Origin: Entomortierella parvispora E1425
Lineage: Eukaryota; Fungi; Mortierellomycota
Assembly (NCBI GenBank): GCA_020891255.1
Contig: BQFW01000003.1
Span: 1,794,445 to 1,858,444, forward strand
Reading direction: 5' to 3'
Length of the DNA: 64,000 nt
In this document: positions 25,612 to 39,700 of the stretch, piece after piece
Numbering within the stretch: position 1 is the first letter of the stretch
Layout of the letters: every line of letters starts with the position of its first letter
The notes under the pieces: model-generated
Databases searched by the model: none
What the model saw: the letters and a program-made list of their open reading frames with translations, nothing else
What the model was told of the DNA's origin: nothing
Program-made: the position numbers and the translations under genes

Positions 25612-25780
25612 AATGCCTTTTCTCTTTTCACATACCCACATACTCTTAGGAAATGTGTCTATATTTCAAAGGACCTCGCTCCTCACTTGTGGCTGGGGGA
25701 GTATTCAATTCATTAAAGGAGAGATGATAATCATAATATCCTATATTCACAATACATATATAAAACATGAACCGCACTCC

Positions 25781-27510
25781 TCATTTCACGAGTTCACTAT
25801 CATCATAGGAAACAGAGTAGTCCACATCGCTCGACTCCTCTTGCACTTCCCATCGTCTAGACGGCGGTGGAGACTTGTCAGATACTCCATTCGAAGATGC
25901 CTCTGCTTGTAAAGAGGCGGTTTCTGTTTTCCTCCTTTCCAGCTTCAAAGGAGCAATCCCGACTCTTTTCTTTTCTTGGTCAAAGACAATATAGTTGTTC
26001 TTGATGAACACATCGCCAATGATCATAAAGCTCGCTGAGCTCGTTTGAATTCCAGAGTAGCATCGGCCAGGCTGCTCACCCGTCTCTTCTCGGACAAGAT
26101 CTTCGAATGGTATTCCAAACCGCTTGCCCTCGATCTCGATCTCGACCTTGTTCCCTTTGGTAGCCTTGATAGCCAGGTTGCAAGGAACTGTCCAAGACGA
26201 CCCCAACTCCTGTGAGCCTCGGATCTTGCGATGGATTGCTTTCGCCCACTTTGTTGGCACCACAAGCAATGTCGTACCCGTATCCATAATACCTGCTAGA
26301 TTGGCTTTACCCTTTTTGTGGCCACCACCACGTCCCTCTCCACCGTCCTCATCATCATTACCGCCTCCACCAGGACGAACCACTTGTCCATTAACAAAAA
26401 TGTTGCCGATATTAATCTGCCAATATTTTGGCTTGGTCACAGGCGTGAATGTCAGGGTATGTCCTGGCTCAACCCTGTCCAAATCCATACCTCCAAAGAT
26501 CACCTCCCCTCCACCATTCAAAGACGATTTGCCAAGGTAGAAGGAAAAGACACCTTGACGCACCAACTTTTGCGCCATCATGTTCTCAAAGACGGTCTTT
26601 GTGGACGCAATAGAGGTGGAAAGGGCTCCAAAGGCCAGGCCCATGATTCCGTCTATCGTATCATCAAACCCAGTCGACTCATTGGTGACCAGCGCCAACT
26701 GTTGATGTTGCACCTGGATCCCATCCAAGGTGATACGATCCCGTCCAAGGTAGCCCTCTGCAAATGACTGATCGCCGTAGGTAATATGCCACGGCTGAGG
26801 ATTGTCTCCATACAACGAAGACGAAGATTTGTCATGAGGAGCAGTCAGTGAAGAAGACGAAGATGGGTGTAAAGGCTTGCTGGCCTTTGTGGCTTGAAAG
26901 GTGGTCGACATCTTTGGGTCATAGTGAGTGGCTCCTGAACATTCCTCACAGTCTTTGGCAGAGATGACAAACTGAGACGAGCCTGTGTCAAAGTCGATCT
27001 TGAAGGCCTGTGGGGGCTCACCAATCATGACCGTGCCGTAATACTATGGAAAGCAAGAAATTATTTGTTTGTCTGGTATGAGTGAACTGTGGGAAATAAT
27101 TTTGGCATGATCAACCACCATTCCTGTGTCAATGGCTGCTACCTCACGATCAAAATCATAGTCGACTAATGGGATCCTGGCCAAGTTGGTAGTATCTTCA
27201 ATGCGACCGTGACTATGAGGACCTTTGGATGTCGTAATTCCTGGACTACGAGCAGTGATTCCATACTTGCGAAGGGTTTGGGTCCATCTGCCAACAGTGG
27301 ACGGCCGTACTGGGCCATAGACACGAGAGATTGGGATTCTAATTCGAAGGGAGAAACAACGGCGCGATAGTGAGAAATAGTCTCCACGCCTGCATGTTGA
27401 CTTTTAATAAGCGCAAAGATTTACTTGTATATTTCTTCTGTCGTTGCTGCAATAGTAGCAGAGGTGAGTACAAGTAGAAGTGCAGCTGAAATCTTCAGAC
27501 TAAACTTCAT
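25781..27510 (-). CDS. Secreted aspartic protease (pepsin family A1), 3 exons
   Basis: Signal peptide MKFSLKISAALLLVL, propeptide, both catalytic motifs FDTGSS and MDTGTT, TYGD flap and IIGDVF. Confidence 0.93.
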
Positions 27511-28070
27511 GATGGTCAAGAATTACTAGGGGGAGTCGTGATACTTTGGGGTGTCGAATGAGTATGACTCTCACAGAACTTTAGAATAAAAAAGTCAGGT
27601 GCTATATGGAAGGATAGGATGACAGGAAGACTTCAGTGTGGGCTGGTTGACAGGGAACTAAGTGAGTTGTTTCTCTATAGCTGGCAACGGAGAAACGAAG
27701 AGATTGCAAGGAAAGATCAACGGTCTATAGCGTATTTAAGAGTAAGTGCGTGTGTACCTGTTTGCATTCCAATTATTCTATGGGTCTAAGCCTGAGTCCG
27801 CTAACTGCAATTGCGGCGCAATTGCGGTCTCGACTATAGAATTCCAATTACGACGAGGATGGTTTCAACGGTCGCTCTTTATTTGTTTGTTCGTAACCGC
27901 TCTCTATCTTACCACACTTTTTTTTTTTTTGCTCCTCCTAGGGTTTCCCACTTACAATCACGTGATAGATTGATCCTGTAAACAAAGCTCCGCCACCATT
28001 TTGATCTCCCTGATGCATCCGTTCCCCTCCTCTCCTTCACATCACCCATTCTATATCCACAACCAGATCA

Positions 28071-28893
28071 ATGTTTGGAGCTTTCCGTGCGTCAGGCATT
28101 AGCCAAGGCGGTCTTCTTTGGTATAATAACTGGATTTTCTTTGCCTAGCAGTGATTTAAATGTGGACAGGAGATCTTGAAGTGGAATGACTAATGCCCAG
28201 GAGCTCCTCCTGATTTGATCCTTTTAGGAAGGCTCGCATGAAAATGGACCTCAGCCCTACGCAAAAGGCCAACATTCGCAAGCGCCTGAAGGCCGCCGAT
28301 GATGTTGTCATGAAGATTCAACAATCTGGAGTTGAATGCAATGCTTTGGTATGCTACACAAAGATGAGATTCTTTACGCCACTGGCAGGAAACTCCAGAA
28401 ACAAAGGTTTAGGGAGACGGAGTGCTCACTCGTTAGAGAGAAAGAGGAAATCAAAAACTGGGGCAGAAGAACTGAAGCAGGAGTTGGTGCAAGAACGTTC
28501 AGTGTATACTCGCTCCTTTGTTCTTCAAGCGGAAGAAACTCACCAATCGAAAGATCCATACTTTGCACTGCGTCCATATCAGCAAGGAGCTCTCTTTTTG
28601 AGATATACATGTTTTACATGGAACTGAAGAACCTTTGAGGAAGAGATTGTGAACACCCCCTCCCTCTTATTCATTTGTGTTGTATCCGAGTGTTAACCAA
28701 TTGATGCCCTCTTTCCACAATCATTGTCAATCTCTAGACCAAGCTCAAGGCGGAACCAACAGAAGCTCAGATGCCAGCAAAGGACAAGTACACTGTCTTC
28801 AGTAGGTCATTCAAGGGATACCGCAAATCTGTCCACAAGGTTCCTCATTTCACCAAGGTTGCCGTTCCCCGAACTGCCCCAGCTGGATTCTAA
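28071..28893 (+). CDS. MRPL31: Mitochondrial ribosomal protein L31 (mL60), 3 exons
   Basis: MFGAFR..GGLLW|K..RKRLKAADDV.. and last exon DKYTVFSRSFKGYRKSVHKVPHFTK. Confidence 0.88.
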
Positions 28894-29818
28894 GCTAATG
28901 ATGTACAATAAACGCAAATATCAAGTATTTATATGTATAATACTTCCGCCACGATCACGTGACTTTTCCGCACACACACACACAAAAAACCATCCCTTTT
29001 CATTCTCGAAACGATTTTTATCGCTCTCTTTCTGATTCCCTTGCCAGTCGAGCATTTTGATCACATTTTCATCTGGACAACATTCTCTTGCCTCCTCTTT
29101 AAATATTGATGCATCTTTTCAGCCCATTTTCATCAGTCAAAACAATTTTAAAGGTAATTCAAAGGTTATCGGTCTTTCCACCACATTACCACACCGCAGG
29201 CAAACAGTGTTGGCGACCATGCGTGGCCGAATGATGGATTAATGGAATAGGAGGAATGAATGCCTGGACGAATTTCCCAGATACTCAGAAAAGGTGGGCA
29301 TATTCTTGGCGGAGCAATGCTGGAATTGACCGCTCGGCTCGCTTGCGTGCGCTCTTCTCTCCCGCTTCTCTTTGGTCTCGTGCATGCACGGGTTCACGCC
29401 TGCAATGACGATTCCCGTCCATCCCAGGCACCTCCTTGTGTCCCTGTCCCGGGTGTGTTCTTCCCCCTTTGATTCAAGTCAATTGGCCATGGACGGCTTC
29501 AGCCAGAAGAATGCCCCTCCCTGCTCTCTCACTGGTTGCTTTATCTTTGGTCCCTTTTGCGAAGACATGTGGTTGGCGTTCCCATTACTGTTGCATTCTG
29601 TGTTTCTTATGGACCTCTGTCTTTCAGTCCCAGTTCCAATGCAGCTGTGGCTACCTGCAACTGCCTATTGCAGCTCTCAGCTCTTGAGCATTGACTGCCT
29701 CTATCGCTTTGGCACTCTTTTTTTTTCTTTTTTTTCTGTCCTTCTACACAATCTGCCCAACCCCGTCTTGATAATTTCTCACTAACGCTCTGTGACAACT
29801 TGCAGAATACAACTCGCA

Positions 29819-31325
29819 ATGCTCCAACCCGCAACAATATCCGCCCCTGCCTCAGCCGCTTCCTCTCCTGCGACACCTCGTGCACAACGGTCCAGTCGGA
29901 AGAGCGGCCTCACCGCTGCGCTACAGAGCCAGCATCAGAATCAACATCAAGTACAAAATCAAGGTCAAGGCCAAGGTCGGACTCATAGCCAACAGAATGG
30001 AAACAACGGCCGACCCAATAACTCTAGTAACAATGGCGACAAAGCCGGAAACAGCAATAATCAAAGCAACTCACGCCAACCTCGCAATCCTACAAAGACG
30101 CACGCTCGTCACCAGTCCATGCCTCCACAACAGCGAGCTGCCAACTTGCTACCGTCCAACAACAACAGCAGCGGCAGCAATAACAACAACAGCAAGGCAG
30201 GCAGCAGTATCACAATCTTGAAACGCTCATCTGCCTCTGTTGTTTCCCCCAATGCACTCTTTCTCACTGCAGCCACCCAAGGCTCCTCAAAGCAGAGTCC
30301 AACAAATCAGCCTGGCGGTCAGACATCAAAAGCACAGCCTCACAATCAAAAGCCAAGACAGCAGACAAACCAAAATAACAGCAATTCTGGCCTCAAACTA
30401 AAGAGAATCCAACGACGTCGCGAAAACGATACCCCGGCAGTGGTTGCTAATACGGAATCAAAAATGAACCAAAGCTCTTTGATGAACCCTTCAAGTCCGC
30501 CCTCTTCAACTGACTCTGACGACTCGGAGTCTTCTGCCACCGTTTCCCGTTCGCCACTGTCCATAAAAAACAAGCCGCAGCCTCGATCTAAAGGATACGG
30601 TCAATTATCTTGCAGCCCTCCTCAGAGACCCAGCTCCGCTCCTGCGGTGCCGCAGCCTCGAAAAGGGTAAGTCCATATCTTCATTTTTTTTTATTTTTTT
30701 TTTTTTCATAAGGACCTTACTGACAACTGCCCTGGATTACAGACCTCTTCGGACTGTGGATTTAAATCAAGCAAACTTGCTCAAAAACAAAGGTGGATTG
30801 GGAAATCGGAAACCAAGCTTTGGGTCGTCTTCGACTCTATCTCTTGATGGTGCAATTGCCTCACAATTCCGACCAAACGTTAGCAAGGCTGTTTCTGCTG
30901 ACAAAATCATGCTGGCTGACCGTGTGTGCGCAGAAAAGAATAAGCTGTATGCTGGCCCTACATTTCATAACTCTCCGGCGCCCACCAGCTTGCCTATTCC
31001 TGCATTTTCTCTATCGTTGGGAGGGAGTCCTTCGGATAACTCAGTCGAGACGCCCTCTCCCCCTTTTTTTGGAGAAGCGACCTCACCCCAACTCAACAGC
31101 ACGCGACAGCGAACCCAGTCGGAGACCGCAGGTTGGACAAGTCATCATTCTATGCCAGGAATGTTGATTCATCAGACAACAACAAATGATGGATTCGACT
31201 ATCAATTACCAGATCGAATAACCACTTCAAGCTACAACGTGGATGAGCCATTATTGCTTGGATCGAATCAGCTTTTGGAGATCAGTCAAAACCTCCGCAG
31301 CCTGCTAAAGATTCAGAGCCAGTAA
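29819..31325 (+). CDS. Low-complexity protein with a PNRC/Edc1-type motif (decapping-activator-like); intron ~30668-30742
   Basis: YAGPTFHNSPAPTSLPIP motif and C-terminal ISQNLRSLLKI. N/Q/S-rich body. Confidence 0.75.
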
Positions 31326-31838
31326 CGTTTGATACAGACCAATGTAGTGAAGGTGTGCCCTCCGGGGATCATGCGCAACCTGCCTACTGCAACAACCCTT
31401 TAGTGGGCCATTTCAACCACTCCCTTGACCGAACGCCAAAGGATAGTTTTCATCCAGCGTGGCCTAGGACTCTACAAGACTCTGCTTGTTTTGATTTGTA
31501 CTTTGTTTTTCTTTCTCTGGTTTTCTTCCCTTTTTCTGAATGTATACCCGCCCGCACCTTGCCTGCTGGTCGCTCTACTGGCATGCCAACCTTTTTCCCG
31601 CCTCTGTCGGATTTCATGTACATTCTTTCTTTTTTTTTTTTTCCTTTTTTGAGACTTCGGTCTCTATGTTGTTCGTATTGACCTTTGACAGGCAAGGCCT
31701 GTTTCATCTCTTACCAACCCTGCCTCTGCCGCAGTCTCGATTTTTTTAGGCTGTAAAACTTATTGATAAATTTTGACCGCCGACTGTCTACTTTCACATC
31801 ATCCTTGACACCACCTTTGCAGCTTGTTACTGGAATTA

Positions 31839-31846
<8 letters not shown>

Positions 31847-31908
<62 letters not shown>
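31847..31908. repeat. (CT)n microsatellite
   Basis: About 31 CT units. Confidence 0.97.
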
Positions 31909-31916
<8 letters not shown>

Positions 31917-32022
31917 TTCTCTCTGCCTCTGCCTCCGCCTCTCACTCTCTATATCTGCCTTGTGTTCTTGATAGACAGGTTTGGCTACTTTATGAAACCA
32001 CCAAATATTGTGCTTCTCATCC

Positions 32023-32053
<31 letters not shown>

Positions 32054-32166
32054 TCGATATCATGATGATAAAATAAAACACATTGAGCGTCTCATTTAAC
32101 CCAAAAAAAGGGCAGATTTGTTACTGGATACCAAGGCTTTATTGGACGATCAACCTATTCACTGTC

Positions 32167-35062
32167 TTATGATGATGGAGGGTGCGTCTGATCTAAAGAT
32201 GACTCCACAGCAGAAATGGTTTCAACGGGCTGTCCCTGCTGGTCTTGTTGATGTTGTTGCTGCTGTGATTGTTGTTGTTGTTCCAACACAGGCTCAACAA
32301 CAGCTGGAGAGGCAGAAGGGACATCGTCAGCTGCGACGACGGGTGCAGCTGGTGTCATTTCGGCATCTTGAGTGGTAAGGCTAGGTTCAGAGGTAATTAC
32401 AGGTGTAACCTCGGTGCTAGCAACATTGCTGTCCACATCCATGTTTGACGAGGCAGTTGATTCTGGTAATGACACAGGTGTGGAGGGCTCAACCGACGGT
32501 AAAGGGGCAATTACAACAGCTGCTGGAGCGGCAGGCTCTTCTGCTGGTGCATGGATAGGCGTAATTGGAGCTACTGTAGTCTCTTGCAGCGGAAGCTCCG
32601 CAACAGCCTCGGTTAGGATCGGAGCAGGAATATCGGCAGTATTTTCTTGTATAGTTGATGCTGAAGTCGCGATTTCTGCAACATTATCGCTTGGCAAGCT
32701 ATCAATTTCCATCGATGAGGATGAAATCTCGGCTCCCGTAGTTGCCACGGGTGCTGATAGTGAGAGTGTGCTTGGCGCGGCTGGCTGCGTTGATGTCAGC
32801 TCTCCTGCCGCCGCAACAGGTGCACTCCAGTTGTCCAATGCAGCCTCGACTGCCTTTTCAATGAGAGGCTCGGTGACTGGCGTGGCAACGACTACCGCTA
32901 CTGGTGCGATAGCTGGTTCATTGTGCTCCTGAATTTCAGTTGCAGAAGTGACGTCCACAGGCGCCGTAGTCACAGGCGTCGCAATTGCAGGCACATCTGG
33001 TGCAGGCACGTTTGGCACCACTCCTCCTGCCTCCACTCCCATGGACGTTGAAGAGGTTACTGGGGTTCCGGCCAATGCAAGCTGGGTTACTGGCGTATGG
33101 AATACTGGAGCAGTAGGAACTACTTGCTTGGCAACCTTTGCTGGCTTCAATTCAGGGGTGCGAGTCGCTTCATCTTTGGGCAAATCCACCTGGCGCAACC
33201 CCAAGTATGGCTGAACGGTCATTCCTTTGTAAATCTCCACCCGTTCATTCGCAGCGAACACCTCCTAATATTTTGGTGGCGGCGAGGGACGGTACGAGTT
33301 AGAATCAATGACTCACGCCTTAAAAAACCCGCATTTGAAAGTTTGCAAGGCCTCGTCATTACCTGGACGGTAGTAGCCTGCTTCAAATCCTCGAGACCCT
33401 TATAAAAGACTGAGGCCTCGGCTTTAAATCGCTTAATCTTCTCATCGTGTTCAGCTTTGATCTGATCCAGTTCATCATCCTGCTGCTGAGTGCCTCCCAA
33501 GGACTTCAAAAAATCGATCGATTTTTGATACTCTGAATTGGGAGGAATGATTCGCGCTAGCGGCAACATCGATTAAAGGAGAAAAATCATTAGTCATCAG
33601 TTGAAGATACAATAACACTACACTTTGTGGTGCCGGAACATACAGGTTGGATAAGGAGAAAAGACTTCAGCCACGTAGTCGTGGTTGCGCTTGTACCGGG
33701 CAATAGCAACATCTCGTGCAGTGAGAAAATCCAATTCGTCACCCGATGGCTCTTCAGTATCCTCCTGCATCTGTGCCTCCCGCTGTATCTGCACCTCTCT
33801 TTGCTGCTGGGGTGTCAATTGAGGCTGTTGCGGTTGCTGTTGCGGGTGTTTCTTGTGTCCCCCAGACTTCTTATCGTGGCGTTGGTTTCCATAAACATTC
33901 GAGTTAACAGAAGACAGTCTTTGGGGTGGCATGCCTTGCTGTGGTGGCCCTCCTGGAGGTCCAACGATGGGCCCTCCTGGAAAACGACCATATCCTTGCT
34001 GCTGGGAGGGAGGTTGCTGAGGAGATGCAGGCGATCCCATGATAGGTGAGGCTCCATATGGAGTATTCATCTTAGGAGGCTGCTGTTGGGCTCTGTAAGC
34101 CTGTTGCTGTGGTACAGGTGGCTGTTGTTGTTGAGGTGGTTGATGAGGTGGGTAGCCTACTGGGGGTTGCTGTTGACCGGGCATTGCAGCAACTCCTGGA
34201 ATCGGCTTCAAGGGGTATTGGCGAGGAGGCGTCTTGGCTCTACGACCATCGACTACAATTGAACCTATAAAATAAATGTGTGTTAAAAATCGTTGCTGAG
34301 GCCCATCATCAGTCGTGACAGCAAACAATGCAAGCCGCAAAGGTACTCACGACCAACATCTGCCTTGGAGTAGTGAAGAAAAGCAAGCGTCTCCCTTCCT
34401 GGCATCACCAATGTGTACTTTCGGCGGACGATATGAGTATATTGCTCGCCATGGGCGAAGCCCTGCGATCGCTCCGTGATTGTTACTCTCTATAAGATTA
34501 TTGAAAGATTAGCTGGGCTTGTCCTTGAGTTATACAGGTCTCCGCCCAGGTCCAAGCCCGACATAACACATAACATTCTTACAGGGTCCTGTGGGAAGGG
34601 GTAGCTGATCTCGTCATCCATGTATTGGAATCTACAAATTGTATCACAAGTGTTAGTAACTTGTCGCGTTAGTCGCTCCTGCATTCCCTAACCATCCGTA
34701 TATGAGTATTCATTCAGTTACCCATCGTGAGGCATGGTAACTTCATCTGGCTGCACTTTCAGAAAAAACCCGCTTCCCTCTAAAGGATGACACGCGCCAT
34801 TTGAAAAGTAGTTAGATATTGGACTTTGATGCCGAATTGACGCATATGTGCAATAGTGCGCTGTGTCCTGCTCTGCTCTTTTACCCTTTGGTTTGTCGAT
34901 GTAGTTGTACGAAAAGGAGATCTGGCCCTGACTGAGCATGTGCCAGGCACGATCGAGTAACTCGGTAGCAATCTGAGGACTCATGCCAGTGTAAATCATG
35001 GGGTCGAGGTTTGCTCTGCAGTAGAGCTCACCAGCGAGCTCTGGTGGAGGACGGGCTGTCAT
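32167..35062 (-). CDS. SSR4: SWI/SNF and RSC complex subunit Ssr4 (DUF1750), multi-exon
   Basis: N-terminal SFSYNYIDKP..PHDG|YQYMDDE and the conserved GDELDFLTARDVAIARYKRNHDYVAEVFSPY block. Confidence 0.8.
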
Positions 35063-35197
35063 GGTGGGCGCTGGATGGTGACGAACGATGGAAGGGAAAT
35101 CAACATGGACGCGCTGAGTGTGCTGAGTGGTGCTTCGCAGGGCTAAGCCACATTGTGCGCGTGACTGCACTTTTGAGCATTTTTACTTTTTATTTTT

Positions 35198-36490
35198 TCA
35201 CTTCTTGCCTCCGACGCCGCTGTAGGGGTAGAAACCCTGACCAGACTTGCGGCCAAGGTTACCTTGAGCAACCAAATCGTCCAAGAGCTGGACAGGTGCA
35301 ACCAGGTTGTCATCAATCTTGCCTTCCTTGCGCCAGCCATCGACAATGAACTTCATGGTATCCAACCCAACAAACTAAAAAAGAAAGAGGACAAATGATG
35401 TCGTGTTAAAAAAAAAGATTGAAAAATGGATTATATCGCGTCTCCACGTTATATAAATCACCAAGACCAACAGATAACTTACATCAGCAAGCTCAAAGGG
35501 ACCCATGGGGAAACCGGCACCGAGCTTCATGGCAGTGTCGACATCTTGGGGAGTGGCCTCACCACGCTCAACAATGCGGAGAGACTCCATCATATAGGGA
35601 ACCAAGAGACGGTTGACAATGAATCTGTTCATGGCGATCGGAGAAGACAAGAGCGGGTAAACGATTAAGGTTAGCAACCTGCGGGAATCGCTCTTTTTTT
35701 CACATGTTGGGATGCAAGTTTGAGATGCGGACCAGGGCGGATCATTCACTCCTGGCCACAAATATGGAAAGTGTCCACGGCTGTCAGGTACCGATACTTA
35801 CCCAGGGGTGTCCTTGCAGGACACAGGGGTCTTCTTCATGCGGGTGCAGACATCCAGGAGAGAATCGAAAGAATCCTGGCTAGTCGCCTCAGTGCGGATA
35901 ACCTCGACAAGCTTCATTTGAGGAACAGGGTTGAAGAAATGGAGACCTCCAAATCGGTCGACGCGCTTGGTCGCTTTGGCAATCTCGCCAATAGGGAGTG
36001 ACGAGGTGTTGGAGCAGAACAGTGTGTGTTCAGGTGCGACCTTGTCCAACATGGCAAAGAGCTGCTGCTTTGTCTTCAAGTTCTCCACAATGGCCTCAAT
36101 AATGAGATCAGCATCCTTGGAGGCTTCTTCAGAGTCCGTGCTGGTCTTGACACGCGTCATGGTCTTCTCAATGAACTCAGCCTGCTTCTGAGCATCTTCG
36201 GGGAACTGCTTCTTGGCGACACGCTTCAAAGAAGAGGTGATGATATCCTGACCCTTCTGGAGCGCCTGGGGATTCAAATCGACCATTGTGACGTTGAAGT
36301 TGTTCTGAGCAGCGACTTGGACAATACCGGCGCCCATCAAACCAGAGCCGAAAACAGTGATGTTCTTCACCGGGACAGGAGCGCAGGCAGAAGACGAGGT
36401 CGAGAATGAAGCCGAGGAAGAGATGGCGGTAAGGGGACGCATGAGCGAGGCGGGGTTGGCCGAAGCCACGCGGCGAGCAGCAGAAAGCAT
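35198..36490 (-). CDS. HADH: Mitochondrial 3-hydroxyacyl-CoA dehydrogenase, 3 exons
   Basis: [11 protein letters not shown] Rossmann motif, [54 protein letters not shown]. Confidence 0.95.
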
Positions 36491-36725
36491 GATGAATGGG
36501 AACAGAAAAAAGGTGATGGAGATTGAAGGAGAAGAAGAAGAGCGCGAGAAAGTCCAACGAGAAAGGCGGCCCCCTGCCCACGGACACCTCGACCTGTTAC
36601 ATCGCGCTCCGATTGTGGGACGATATCACATGACCAGCACGTGTCAAGACTGGATGCGTCAAGACTCAGGAGTCAGCACGCGTTGCCACCTTTTTTTTCG
36701 CGCTTTATTGATATGCGCAGAATAT

Positions 36726-39700
36726 TTACAGTGTCCGCCGAGTCATCACTGGACTTGCCAAGGGGGAAATAGTCGTACCGTCCTCCTCCTCTGAAACCTC
36801 GCCCTCCCATTCTTGCTCCATGACCTCGTCTTCCTCGTCTCCAAAGTGGGAGTTGGCATTCTGGTCCTCATCATCGCTATCGTCGCCAGTCATTGGAGTG
36901 TCAAACTCAAAAGTAAAGCGGGAATGGCCAAATGACGACTTGCCCGAAGCTGTGGCAAGCTCGTTGCCGTCCTGGTCACTCTCAACTCTGTCAATGCTTT
37001 GATCTTCCTGAGATCCATATTCATTTTCGTCGGCAGACTCGTTGAGGTTGATTTCGCCGCTGTGTTCCTCGTCCTCGTCATTCTCATCATCTTCATCATC
37101 ATCTCCGAGGTTAAAACTCTCGTCGTCATCATCATCGCCGCCATCCTCAAGAGCAATAGACACATCGCCAGCTTGAGTTGGGCTTTGGCTATTGGAGGTG
37201 CCGTCTTCGTGACCTTCACTAATAGAGCCTTCATCAGCTGAATCATCATAATCAATCTCAATAATCTTTGGCCTTTGATTGTCAGAAGACTTGTTACTGC
37301 TCCCGCCGAACCCGGAAAAAGTGGAGCCGAAAATGGTTGCGGTGGCAGTCATTGCAAGAGGGGCAGCGATTGAGGCCGATGTACCAGTCCTCTTGCTCGT
37401 CTCAGTCACTACAGGTCCTCCGAAAGAGAATCCCGATGAGGCCTCAGCTGACGAGAATAGTGTCGACGTTACTGATGATGTGACAGGGGCCTCTGAGTTG
37501 GATACAGATGCAAAAGGATTGCTGCCTCCAAAACTAAAGACAGGCTTGTTGGTCGTGCTAGTAATTGATGTTGAGTCAGGAGTTCCAAACGAGAAGGGGT
37601 TTCCGCCGATACTAGGCTTTGAAGCTTCCGCAATCGTTGATGCTTTGTGTAATGCGGATGAGAATGGCGACGACGTGGTAGTACCGCTTGGTAAACTAGA
37701 GAGCTTACTAGAATCAGCTTTGAGTAAGGTAAAAGCTCCAAAATCAGGCTGCATGTTGGTCGGGGCACTGAATGGCGTGAGAGGACTGAGTGCTGCAGGT
37801 TTGATGGCAGCAGCTTCTGTAGCTGTTGTCGCTGGGAATGAGTCACTTGGAATACTGAAGATAGATGCAGACGCGGTGGTGGGTGCAGGGATGGCAAATA
37901 TCCCAGGTTTACCGGATTCTGACTCTGACAGGAATGCCTGCTTGTGGCCACTGGCGCCCAATATCGATGGGGTCGTCGTGGCAATAGAGAAAGGCGCAGT
38001 AGAAGATGTTTCTGGAATGGATGCCGAAGAAGGCAGAAAGTCGGGTGTAGATACAGTGAATGCTGAAGACTCAGTCTCAGCCGTCGCGTGATTCTGTACT
38101 GCCTTGGTGTTGTTGACGATACTAAGGACCTCCTGAGCAACTGCAGAAAGCTTTGGGGCTGACTCTAAAGACGACGTCAACTCCTGAGCGGAACTGTCCA
38201 GTGACGAGACCAGAGCGACAACAGGTGACTGAGATGTAGGCATTTCTTTGAGGGCTTTCTTGGTCGGCAACTCCAAAGGATCGACGTTGTCTGCACCACG
38301 TTTGAGGGAATCAGGAACAATTTTGTTGGCTTCCTCAAAAGCCTCGCGGATTTTCCTCCGTTCCTCTAAAGTCCGTTTTCGCACAACCTCTGGCGCCTCG
38401 GGGCCTTTCCACTCTAAAAATCGCTTGACCTTGACATGACCTGGCAGGTCATCCCATGCCACCCCTTCGTACTTATTGATTTCCAGATAATCATCCAGAG
38501 AAGGCATGATCTCCTGCTTGGGCTCGCGAGCACTGGCGTCGTGGTACAAGTCGCTCACACCCTGTCGAATAACCTTGAAGGGGGCAATTGGCTTCACTGC
38601 TCGCAAAATGGAAGTGGTATTGGCAGCCTCTCTGAGAGTGCCAGAGTTGGCTTTTCTTGAGCTGACTGTGTTAGAGCTGACAGGAGATAATGCAGTTGTT
38701 TCAACCTTTGGCTGCGTCAAAGGTTGGTGGCTCTGAGACTGCTCCCTGAATGAGACACCATCCTCTCCAGAATGCCATGTCGCCGATGTCGACTCGATTT
38801 TTGGCGCTAAAATGAATAAAATGCGAATGTCAGTTGGTGCGCGACAACATTAGTACTAGATGTAATAGAATATGTAGCTTACCAATAACAGCATCATCGA
38901 TAAGTTTTTTGCAGTAATCTGCCTGCATAGGAGTCAGCATTTTTCCAGCCTGCTTAGCGAAAAACATTGCTAGAAACGCCGTCGAGCTTTCTGGCAGCTC
39001 GTTGCTTTCAGAAACGAAAAAATCCTTGATTTTGTGGGTAGCTGGTGTTACGATTGGGGGACAATCCTCGAAATGCTCTTTTGCTGGCGTCTCAGGTGTA
39101 GGCTGAATGTCTTTGAGCTTTGAATGCTCTTCGATCATTTCGGCCATTTTATGATCAGGTATGTCAATAGAGATATCCCCGCCATCGTTGAGATCCTCAT
39201 CATCCTCTGATACATCCAGAATGTCTTCGGTCTCCGAGACGTCAGTTCGTGTAATCTCCTCAACCTGCTCGGCGATCACAGCCTCCTCGCCATCCTCTGT
39301 ACTGATCTCTAACTCCATGTTGCCGTCGACAGAACTTGCTTCGGCATTTTTGGATTCGTCCGGTGGGTAATACTTGACTTCGTCGTAGTCAATTGTGATG
39401 TCAGCGGATTCAGGGTCGTCCCGATTTTCGTCAGTTGATTCTGTTAATTCGAACTGTGACGTTGAATGGAACGTCTCATCGTCTTGCTCCCTTACAGTAT
39501 CTTCCAGCGACTCTGAAAAGGGATCGCTCGACGGCTGATTCAGGTGCTGCAACATGCGTTCCGAAGCTGCAATTAGCTCTTCTGAGTTTTGAATTTTCTC
39601 TGGCAAGGACAACTCTTCGTCAGCTGCCTCCCTCTCAGGCTCCTCCCTGTTAGGCTCCTCCCTGTCAGGCTCCTCCACCTCATCATACGTCACGCCCTTG

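Noticed and set aside
37279-38140. 270-aa antisense and 223-aa alternative-frame ORFs
   Set aside because: Shadows of the S/T/A-rich nucleoporin-like exon.
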